Under the pieces are notes generated by a model. It was not told where the DNA came from. It worked only from the letters and a program-made list of their open reading frames with translations, and did no database searches. From a virus: a stretch of 64,000 bases of DNA. Positions 38,765-46,950 of the stretch are shown in pieces. The position numbers and the translations under genes are program-made. Where the stretch lies: positions 33,609 through 97,608 of the IMG/VR virus record IMGVR_UViG_3300032251_000002; one strand, given 5' to 3'. The stretch's first letter is position 1; every line of letters starts with the position of its first letter.

Positions 38765-39097
38765 TTATTTTCTCCTAACTTCGTCTAGTAATTTAAAAAT
38801 ATTATTAGTATGAGCATCACCATTTATTACATAATTATCATGATTCTCAATATATTCTAATACTTCTTCTAAACTACAATGTTGTGGAAACTTCTTTTGG
38901 AAATGATAGTTATCCATATCCAATTTGTTATAGTGATGCAATATTGGTTTACCACGATTAGGTAAACTCACTCTCCATTTATCATATCTAGAGATTATAA
39001 TAATTACATTATTATGGTCAAAGTAATTATAAGTGAACTTAAACTTATTACATAATGTCTTAACTTTTCTTTCAGAAATCATTACATCTCCTTTCAA
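38765..39097 (-). CDS. Hypothetical protein
   Basis: LHHYNK...YHFQK...YIENHD. Confidence 0.6.
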   Translation of the reverse strand: MKGDVMISERKVKTLCNKFKFTYNYFDHNNVIIIISRYDKWRVSLPNRGKPILHHYNKLDMDNYHFQKKFPQHCSLEEVLEYIENHDNYVINGDAHTNNIFKLLDEVRRK

Positions 39098-39345
39098 AAT
39101 AAATCATCAAACAGATAATCATCTACTTCTTCTTCGTCATAACTGTCAACTACCTCTTGTGCGTTGCTAACAGCTTCTTCCATATTTACATTTCCATATA
39201 TTGCCATAGCACATGCATCACAATATACTGGATTGATTGGATAACCCATACATCCACACATATGTCCACTACAACAATATTCTAAGTGATAATCATCTGG
39301 AACACATATATTCTTACCACATTTTGCACAGTCCCAGTCTTTCAT
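39094..39345 (-). CDS. Cys-rich zinc-binding protein
   Basis: CAKC, CCSGHMCGCMG, CDAC. Confidence 0.65.
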   Translation of the reverse strand: MKDWDCAKCGKNICVPDDYHLEYCCSGHMCGCMGYPINPVYCDACAMAIYGNVNMEEAVSNAQEVVDSYDEEEVDDYLFDDLF

Positions 39346-39399
39346 ATCTTCTCCTTTAAAAAAATTACTTAGGGATAGTTAGTCCCTAAGTAAATATTA

Positions 39400-40530
39400 T
39401 TACACACTTCTAAGTCTTTTATTAGTATCATAGAATAAATCTAAGTACTCTGTTACTGCTGATAATTTCTTGTGAAGATTTTTATGGTTATGCATAATAT
39501 TTGCAATTACTGAAACCATTGTATCTTTAGGAATATTATCACAGAAAGTAATAAAGTTCTCAATATCAACTTTGTCATTCTTTTTAGAGCCATCATCAAG
39601 ATAGTTAATTAACTTCTTAACTGTTACTGTAAGTCTAGGAATAGACTCACCTGAGATACGGTGAACCATATTATCACTTAATCTTGAACCACAGAAGATT
39701 TCATCAACTCTAATTAGAGGATTGGTCTTAGTTTCCAAATGTCTCATAAATGCTGTTGCTGGAATACGACCAATATCTGAACGAACAAGTTCACTTAATA
39801 TACCATCATCAAAATTAAATTCTTCAATGAATGTAGTATATTTTTTAGAAACTGATTCCCAAGAACGTGGTGTTGGTTTAATCTTTTCAGTAGATGCTGG
39901 AATATGCAACATATCAATGTTAGATGATATGAACTCAACTATATCATTATGAATACCATTATCCATTGCCCAAGCTAACCAATCTTCTACATCTACAGTT
40001 AAATTATAGAAGGAGAATCTATCTATAAGAGCTGCATTCATAGTATTAACTTGATAGTCATTGTCATCATCAGCTTCTGGATTTCCAGCAGCTATAATAG
40101 AACAATCACCAATAGGTAATTCAGCAGTGTTAATAACTTTATCAAGAATAAGTTGCATTAATTCCTGCTGTACTGCTAACTCTGAACGATTAAGTTCATC
40201 AATGAATAAAATTACATGATAACCTTCTGCTACTAAATCTTGAATCTGCTTAATCTTCCAATACAATGTATATGTATTAATATGGTTTCCTTCATTGTCC
40301 TCTACAGGAATTGGGATACCACCAAGTTCACCTTCTTTAAGAACTGAACCAAATATTGTTACATGTGTAAATTTCATACCATCTTTAGCATATCTTTCAT
40401 TTAACTTTTTACACATCATTTTTGGAAAGTTTGATTTACCAATACCAGCATGTCCTTCAATATAGGCAATCTTTGCTGACTCAGAATTAATGTGTACGTC
40501 TACAACATTTTCTAACATAGTATACTTCAT
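39400..40530 (-). CDS. MoxR-like AAA+ ATPase
   Basis: GHAGIGKS, LFIDELNR, AAGNP, ALIDRF, TPRSW. Confidence 0.9.
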   Translation of the reverse strand: MKYTMLENVVDVHINSESAKIAYIEGHAGIGKSNFPKMMCKKLNERYAKDGMKFTHVTIFGSVLKEGELGGIPIPVEDNEGNHINTYTLYWKIKQIQDLVAEGYHVILFIDELNRSELAVQQELMQLILDKVINTAELPIGDCSIIAAGNPEADDDNDYQVNTMNAALIDRFSFYNLTVDVEDWLAWAMDNGIHNDIVEFISSNIDMLHIPASTEKIKPTPRSWESVSKKYTTFIEEFNFDDGILSELVRSDIGRIPATAFMRHLETKTNPLIRVDEIFCGSRLSDNMVHRISGESIPRLTVTVKKLINYLDDGSKKNDKVDIENFITFCDNIPKDTMVSVIANIMHNHKNLHKKLSAVTEYLDLFYDTNKRLRSV

Positions 40531-40571
40531 TGTGTTTCCTCCTCTTAGGTTTATATAATATTATATTTTTA

Positions 40572-40595
40572 TGTCAATAGTATAATATATATTTA
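40572..40595 (-). promoter_or_regulatory. Early-type promoter
   Basis: TAAATATATATTATACTATTGACA upstream of MoxR. Confidence 0.65.
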
Positions 40596-40598
40596 TAA

Positions 40599-41159
40599 TT
40601 AGTTTAGTAACTTATAATTATTTAAAAAGTATTTATACTTTTCAGATGCAACTGATATGTTCAAAGTCATTCTAGCTGCAGAAATATCTTTAGGTTCTAA
40701 AACCCATATATGATGTTTATCATTATCCTTACTAAGACCTATTAAAATTAATACATCAACTTTACCTAAGTCTTTTCTCTCTCGTTTAATGACATTATAA
40801 TCATTTCTATATTTTCTTGATAACGAGAAGCAATATCTATTACTACTAATATTTGCAACCTTAACCATTACCTTCTTTTTATTTATAATTAGATTATAAG
40901 GTTGCTTATCAGCTATAGTGTATACATCATTAAATTTAATATTTCTATTAAATAATACACTTTTAATATGCATGAATCCTTTCTTAAAAGTATCTAAATC
41001 TTTATGTTTAGATTCAATATTATATCCATGTCTTCTTTTTCTAATTGTAGTTATGCAACATTTGTACATTTCAGAAATCTCTCTATCAGATTTACCTTCA
41101 TCAATGTAGAGTTGTCTTAACTTTATTTCATCAATATCAACCACGTACTTCTTACCCAA
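40599..41159 (-). CDS. HTH + nuclease-like domain protein
   Basis: LRQLY..GKSDREISEMY..TTIRKR HTH; degenerate PD-(D/E)xK-like C-terminus. Confidence 0.5.
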   Translation of the reverse strand: MGKKYVVDIDEIKLRQLYIDEGKSDREISEMYKCCITTIRKRRHGYNIESKHKDLDTFKKGFMHIKSVLFNRNIKFNDVYTIADKQPYNLIINKKKVMVKVANISSNRYCFSLSRKYRNDYNVIKRERKDLGKVDVLILIGLSKDNDKHHIWVLEPKDISAARMTLNISVASEKYKYFLNNYKLLN

Positions 41160-41176
41160 TATAATTCACCCTCTTT

Positions 41177-41614
41177 CTAGTCTGATATAAGTACACCTTT
41201 TAAATGGTCATATTCATGTAAAAATCTTCTTGCATCCATATCTAGTAACTTTGCAATAGTTGGCTTTCCATTCTCATTATAATATCTTACAGATATCTTT
41301 CTAGAACGAGCAACTGGGAACTTTTGGTCTGGGATACTTAGACATCCTTCATTTTTTGTTTCTTTAGTCTTACCTTCTTTAAGGATAATTGGATTGATGA
41401 TAATTTTAGTATTATTCTTACCAAATCTAACTACAAACATAGCCTTTGATAATCCTATTTGTGGTGCAGCAATACCAGCAATTGCAGGATTATCATCTAA
41501 CATTTGTTTCATGTTCATAAAAATTTCTTTATGCATTTCAAAATCTTTAATTTCAACTACATCTTTCCTTAACACATTAGTCTCATCGTTTTCTATAGTT
41601 ATAATTTCGTACAT
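41177..41614 (-). CDS. def: Peptide deformylase
   Basis: GIAAPQIG, EGCLS, HEYDH; likely start 41614. Confidence 0.92.
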   Translation of the reverse strand: MYEIITIENDETNVLRKDVVEIKDFEMHKEIFMNMKQMLDDNPAIAGIAAPQIGLSKAMFVVRFGKNNTKIIINPIILKEGKTKETKNEGCLSIPDQKFPVARSRKISVRYYNENGKPTIAKLLDMDARRFLHEYDHLKGVLISD

Positions 41615-41673
41615 ATTATTTCTCCTTTCAAATAAATAATCCCTATACAAATTAATGTATAGGGATATTTTGT

Positions 41674-41901
41674 TTAGTTATTAAACATTATAGCAAAGAT
41701 AGTTACATAGTCATGGTACTCAGTAACAGTTTTACCATCACTGTTATTCTTTTTTGCTGTAAGCTCTAATAGTTCATCAGTATCATTAAAAACAATACTA
41801 GAGTATACATCTGGATAAACCATTGTACCATCCAACTTTATTAAACAAATATTATCTTGACCGTTATTGTCAACTAATTTTCTAACTACTTCAGTTTTCA
41901 T
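41674..41901 (-). CDS. Hypothetical protein
   Basis: 75 aa, AAGGAGG RBS. Confidence 0.6.
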   Translation of the reverse strand: MKTEVVRKLVDNNGQDNICLIKLDGTMVYPDVYSSIVFNDTDELLELTAKKNNSDGKTVTEYHDYVTIFAIMFNN

Positions 41902-41931
41902 TTATCTTCCTCCTTCTAGGTAATTGATTAA

Positions 41932-42687
41932 TCAATTGTTAGAATTCAGATTATCCCTTATAATATAAAAATCATCTTCAGGAATTCTACCATTCATCAA
42001 TCCCTCAATAGGGTCTATATCTTCAACAACTATATTTTGATTGGCTATAAAATTCATAAATTCTTCCTCTAAATCTTCAGGATTAAATACTTGTTTTAAG
42101 AAAATGTAACACATTTCTTTAAATTTATCTTCAGTTATTATAAGGTTATCATATTCTTTAAAAGGTAACCTTATTGGAACGTAGAAATTTTTATTATTTA
42201 AACTAAATCTATACGATAAAGAATATGCTTTTTGATTTGAATTAATATAATTATATTTGTTATCATGTATTGGTTTTCGTATAATTCCCACTGTATCCTT
42301 AAAATCTTGAAAGTCTACTAGTTTATCAAATAGCACTCTATATACGTTGGCTTCGGTTAATATTAACTTTTCATCATTTATTAATAAAGATTGAATGCCT
42401 TTTAAATCAATCGTACCATCATGTAAGTCAGTTTTTTTTCCCAACATAAATTCACGTTCATATAAAGCTGCGTTTGTTAGGATTTCATCATAGTCTTTCT
42501 GATTTAAAATTTTTTTATTTGCTGCACCAAACCTATTTTTAAGAATTATATAAAAGAATTGTTCATTAGCAAAGAATTTTGTAACTATTAAGTAAGCATT
42601 ATATTGTTTCATTTTATCAGCATGTTGTAAAGATTTACCATTTTGTCTGGGCATTGAATAGAACTTTTGTGGTGGAACATATGACAT
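41932..42687 (-). CDS. Hypothetical protein with N-terminal terminase Walker-A-like peptide
   Basis: Likely start 42687 (GGAGG RBS): MSYVPPQKFYSMPRQNGKS. Confidence 0.65.
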   Translation of the reverse strand: MSYVPPQKFYSMPRQNGKSLQHADKMKQYNAYLIVTKFFANEQFFYIILKNRFGAANKKILNQKDYDEILTNAALYEREFMLGKKTDLHDGTIDLKGIQSLLINDEKLILTEANVYRVLFDKLVDFQDFKDTVGIIRKPIHDNKYNYINSNQKAYSLSYRFSLNNKNFYVPIRLPFKEYDNLIITEDKFKEMCYIFLKQVFNPEDLEEEFMNFIANQNIVVEDIDPIEGLMNGRIPEDDFYIIRDNLNSNN

Positions 42688-42746
42688 TAAGTATACCTCC
42701 TTAAAAATAATAGTGGTAGAGAAATTAATCTCTACCACTAATTTTA

Positions 42747-45296
42747 CTATTTTGGTGCTACAGCTACGTCAATAACAAAGTTATCTTCATCAACATTTAC
42801 CAACTTCATTCCATAAGTCGGTCTCTTAATAGGTTTGAATTCATCTAGACAAACTCTAATAATATTTGAAGATGTTGTAACAGCTATATCATCATCTTGT
42901 TTCACAATCATAGATTTTACAAGATAATTATCTTCTTTTAACTTAATCATTAATCTACCTGTACTTTTACTTGTTCTTTTCTGTCTGGGAAATCCATCAT
43001 TAATTTGAGTTTTATTTCCAGACTTTGGGTCATTCTTTTCTACCATGTCAGTAATCTTAGTAACTTTACCTAGTCCATTACTTGTTACTCCAAGAACTAA
43101 CGTATTTTCATCATCAATGATGTCCATACTAGCTACTTCATCACCATCTTCAGTTAGATTAATTGCAGACATACCAAAACTATCTCTCTTAGATGCTCTC
43201 ACTTCAGTATGTTCATATCTGATTGCTTGACCACCTAATGTGCTTACAAATATATCTTGCATTTCTTTACCACTATCAATATACTTTACAGAAGTTAATT
43301 CATCATCTTTTCTTAACATCATAGCAATGATACCTGATGTTCTGATGTTTGAGAACTCTTCCATCTTAGTCTTCTTGATTTGTGCATTCTTAGTACAGAA
43401 TAATAAGAATGATTCATCATCATTAAACTGGTCATTACTAATACATAGTACATTGGTAATTTCCTCACCATCTTTAAGACCTTTAACATAAGCAGTAATT
43501 TTGCTACCTAGTGATGTAGATTTAGTCTCTTTAATTTCCCACACTTTAATATCAAATACTCTACCAAAGTTAGTGAAACATAATAGGTGGTCTTTAGTAG
43601 ATGCAAAGAAGTTTTGTGTTACAAAGTCATCTTCCTTAATCTTACCAAAGTTGATACCTTTTCCAGCTCTCTTTTGAGTTTTTAAATCTCTTTTCATTCT
43701 CTTTACAAAGCCTTCATTTGTAATTGTAACCATCATCTGCTCATCTGTAATTGTATCTTCTACAGTGATATCAGTGTTAATTTCAATTAATTGAGTCTTT
43801 CTTGGGAAACCATAATTCTTGATGATTTCTTTTTGCTCGTCAATAATAATCTTATCAATCTTAGAAGTATCTTTAATGAATGACAAGTTATGTAGAACTT
43901 TACCTTCAAGTTCTTTCTTCTCATCTTTAAGCTTTTGTTTCTCTAAACCTGTAAGTCTAGATAACTTCATATCAACGATTGATTGAGCTTGAATCTTAGT
44001 TAAATCATAATTTGTAACTAGTTTACCTTTTGCAACACTTACATCACTAGATGACTTAATTATTTTAATTACATCATCAATATTACTAAGTGCAATTAAT
44101 AAACCTTCTAAGATATGAATTCTTCTTTTCCATCTTTTAATGTCATATAAGAATACTCTCTTAATAGTAATTCTTCTGAACTCAATCCATTCTTCAAAGA
44201 TTTCTTTAATGTTATACTCTTTAAAGTAATCACCATTTACACATACAAGAATAATCTTTACAGTGTTTTCAAGTGGAGTATGTTTGTATAATAGATTCTC
44301 AACAGTTGCAGCATCAGCATCTTTCTTAACAAGAATTTCAATTCTAATACCTTTCTTATTTGAGTAATCTTTTAAATCTGCAATACCTTCAATCTTCTTT
44401 TCTCTTACAGCATTTGCAATACTTGTAACAATACCTGTCTCACCACCAATGGTTTTACCATATGGTATTTCAGTGATAACTAAATATTCACGATTCTTTC
44501 TTTCTTCAATTTCAATATTAGCACGTACTTTTACAGTACCTCTACCTGTCTCATATGCATTTACAATACTGTTCTTTGAACATAGACTAGCACCTGTTGG
44601 GAAGTCTGGCATCAATTCAGTCGCTACCTCTCTTAAAGAAGTTTCTGGTTTCTTAATAAGTTTAATAACCATGTTAGCAATATCTTTTGGATTATGAGGT
44701 GGAACTTCTTGAACGTAACCTGCAGCAATACCTGAAGACCCATTGATTAATAAGTTTACAGTCTTTGCTGGAAGTACAGTAGGTTCAGTTAAAGACTCAT
44801 CAAAGTTAGCTCTAGTATCTACAGCATTTTTATTTAAATCAGCTAGTAAATAATCAGTTGTGTATTTGTGTAATCTTATTTCAGTATATCTCATTGCAGC
44901 TGCACCATCTCCAGAGATGTTACCAAAGTTACCATGTCCGTCAACTACTGGAATGTTTTGTACGAATGGTTGTGACAATCTAACAATAGCATTATACACT
45001 GATGAATCACCATGTGGATGGTACTTACCTAATACATCACCAACAACACGTACAGCTTTCTTATGAGGTTTACTGTTAACTAATCCCAATTCATTCATAG
45101 CAAAAGCACTACGTCTATGAACAGGTTTAAAACCATCACGAATATCTGCAACAGCTCTTGAATACATAAGTGATAACATGTACTTTAACATATTACTTTT
45201 TTGTACGTCTGTTAGGTTTCTCTCAATAACCCCTTGGATTATCTTTTTCTCTTCTTTCTTTACTGCATCTGAAACTTTTCCAAGCTTTTTAGCCAT
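42747..45296 (-). CDS. gyrA: DNA gyrase subunit A
   Basis: DGFKPVHRR, HPHGDSS, AAMRYTE, GyrA-box QKRAGKG, beta-pinwheel CTD; early promoter 45312-45335. Confidence 0.95.
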   Translation of the reverse strand: MAKKLGKVSDAVKKEEKKIIQGVIERNLTDVQKSNMLKYMLSLMYSRAVADIRDGFKPVHRRSAFAMNELGLVNSKPHKKAVRVVGDVLGKYHPHGDSSVYNAIVRLSQPFVQNIPVVDGHGNFGNISGDGAAAMRYTEIRLHKYTTDYLLADLNKNAVDTRANFDESLTEPTVLPAKTVNLLINGSSGIAAGYVQEVPPHNPKDIANMVIKLIKKPETSLREVATELMPDFPTGASLCSKNSIVNAYETGRGTVKVRANIEIEERKNREYLVITEIPYGKTIGGETGIVTSIANAVREKKIEGIADLKDYSNKKGIRIEILVKKDADAATVENLLYKHTPLENTVKIILVCVNGDYFKEYNIKEIFEEWIEFRRITIKRVFLYDIKRWKRRIHILEGLLIALSNIDDVIKIIKSSSDVSVAKGKLVTNYDLTKIQAQSIVDMKLSRLTGLEKQKLKDEKKELEGKVLHNLSFIKDTSKIDKIIIDEQKEIIKNYGFPRKTQLIEINTDITVEDTITDEQMMVTITNEGFVKRMKRDLKTQKRAGKGINFGKIKEDDFVTQNFFASTKDHLLCFTNFGRVFDIKVWEIKETKSTSLGSKITAYVKGLKDGEEITNVLCISNDQFNDDESFLLFCTKNAQIKKTKMEEFSNIRTSGIIAMMLRKDDELTSVKYIDSGKEMQDIFVSTLGGQAIRYEHTEVRASKRDSFGMSAINLTEDGDEVASMDIIDDENTLVLGVTSNGLGKVTKITDMVEKNDPKSGNKTQINDGFPRQKRTSKSTGRLMIKLKEDNYLVKSMIVKQDDDIAVTTSSNIIRVCLDEFKPIKRPTYGMKLVNVDEDNFVIDVAVAPK

Positions 45297-45332
45297 TAAT
45301 TATTTCCTCCATTTCAATGATATAATATATAC

Positions 45333-45659
45333 TTATTTTACGTGGTACTCTTTTTCCTCATCAAAATTGTCTGGCATAAATACTCCATTAGCAATAGCTT
45401 GAAGAATAGACTGTGAGTACTGTTCTTGTAAGAAAGCACCTATACCAATAAGGATTGTAATCATTGCAACTCTAGGATTTTCATATTGAGACTTGTCAGT
45501 TGTGAACTTGTCAAACTTGTAAAGTTCTGGTAAATCTGTTAAGTTTCCTTCAAGTCTATAATAAACTAATTGCTTATTGAAAATGAAATTATGTTGTATC
45601 CACTCTTCTACTTCTTTAATATTATTAGCTTCGAACATTTGTTTCCTCCTATATTCCAC
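45333..45659 (-). CDS. Hypothetical protein
   Basis: ORF within operon. Confidence 0.55.
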   Translation of the reverse strand: MEYRRKQMFEANNIKEVEEWIQHNFIFNKQLVYYRLEGNLTDLPELYKFDKFTTDKSQYENPRVAMITILIGIGAFLQEQYSQSILQAIANGVFMPDNFDEEKEYHVK

Positions 45660-45849
45660 GTTTTATTCTAACATCTTGATAGTGTTTATTTATAAATTTA
45701 TAAGCATCATCTGAATCATTACCAGTAAAATCTATACCTAAATAATATTTGATTTGACCTATCAGATACTTTTGTTTATGTGTTGGTGGGTTAACTTCAG
45801 TAATACTTGGTTCTGGGTCTCCAACTAGACCTGTTTTTACATCTAGCAT
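45649..45849 (-). CDS. Small hypothetical protein
   Basis: PTHKQ...AYKFI. Confidence 0.55.
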   Translation of the reverse strand: MLDVKTGLVGDPEPSITEVNPPTHKQKYLIGQIKYYLGIDFTGNDSDDAYKFINKHYQDVRIKRGI

Positions 45850-46436
45850 TACTTACTCCCTTCTGCAAAGAACTTATAATAGTTCACTTGCATTAGTTCT
45901 CCACGTAACTCATCAAAGAATGGATGTAATTCTTTAGGAACTTTTTCACACCACTCATCTCGCTTATCTAATGCCATTAATTCTCTAGTTTCAGTAGCAG
46001 CTACAGGAATTCTTGCTCTTGGTAAAATAATTTCTGAAGTCTCTGGAATATCATTTGTATCAAACCATCTACTTCTAGATTCATCATTACCATATATCAT
46101 TACACAAGGATGTGTCTTTACTACTAGTTTATTTTTACCTAGAACATATCTACCCCATTCAGGTGTAATGTCACCCTCATGTGTCATATCTGGTACATCT
46201 CTTAGGATTATATTACATCCATTATAGTTACTACCATATTTCTCTCTGAACATTCTTGCTCTTGTTTCATAACAGAATGGATTTCTTTCAGTTCCATACT
46301 CTTGAGTTGAACCAATCATAATAACTAAGTTCTTACAAAGCTTAGTAGCTAGTTCAATAAGTGAATGATGTCCTATATGAGGACCAGGTACTTGAAATCT
46401 ACCAAAGATTAAACCATTCATAAATTGCTTTTCCAT
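45849..46436 (-). CDS. NMN adenylyltransferase (NadM-like nucleotidyltransferase)
   Basis: GRFQ...HIGH, IGSTQ, NPF..ETR, ATETR. Confidence 0.8.
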   Translation of the reverse strand: MEKQFMNGLIFGRFQVPGPHIGHHSLIELATKLCKNLVIMIGSTQEYGTERNPFCYETRARMFREKYGSNYNGCNIILRDVPDMTHEGDITPEWGRYVLGKNKLVVKTHPCVMIYGNDESRSRWFDTNDIPETSEIILPRARIPVAATETRELMALDKRDEWCEKVPKELHPFFDELRGELMQVNYYKFFAEGSK

Positions 46437-46439
46437 ATG

Positions 46440-46628
46440 TTAATCCTCCGTTTCTAGTGCAAGTGTATATCCTCTAGTTGTACTAACTCTTTTATGAATA
46501 CCTTCTTCTTTATCAAGAGTATTAGAACCAGATGGATTATTTAAACTAACTTTTAAATCACCTTCAGGAGTTATAACATATTCAATAATTATATTTTTAC
46601 TAATATTATTCTCTATAGTAACTTTCAT
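46440..46628 (-). CDS. Small hypothetical protein
   Basis: 62 aa, GGAGG RBS. Confidence 0.55.
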   Translation of the reverse strand: MKVTIENNISKNIIIEYVITPEGDLKVSLNNPSGSNTLDKEEGIHKRVSTTRGYTLALETED

Positions 46629-46787
46629 TTAACCCTCCATGTGTTTTGATTTACTTAATTTTTCTCCACCAGTAAGATACATGTATACTTCATCATCATG
46701 ATTTTCATCATCTGCATCATATCCAAGTTTCTCTCTAGTAGCTTCCACTATATATAGTGCATAGTATTGTAAACCTTCATGTGACAT
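46629..46787 (-). CDS. Small hypothetical protein (52 aa)
   Basis: MSHEGLQYYALY...; AAGGAGG RBS; below track cutoff. Confidence 0.5.
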   Translation of the reverse strand: MSHEGLQYYALYIVEATREKLGYDADDENHDDEVYMYLTGGEKLSKSKHMEG

Positions 46788-46950
46788 GTTTACCTCCTTT
46801 GCAACCTCTTAACATTGAAAGAGGTATTTTCTTAAGTTGATGTACGTCCAAGTATAATTCTTCTTTACACTTGGAGCATACAAAAACTGGTGATTTAAAT
46901 ACATGATTAGTTTCTAAATGACTAAATCTGAAGTCATGAAGTCTAAACAT
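46777..46950 (-). CDS. Small zinc-finger-like protein (57 aa)
   Basis: MFRLHDFRF...CSKC...GC; below track cutoff. Confidence 0.5.
   Translation of the reverse strand: MFRLHDFRFSHLETNHVFKSPVFVCSKCKEELYLDVHQLKKIPLSMLRGCKGGKHVT

Noticed and set aside
46440-46628. NPSG...GIH resembling a ribonucleotide reductase motif
   Set aside because: Too few matching residues; likely chance
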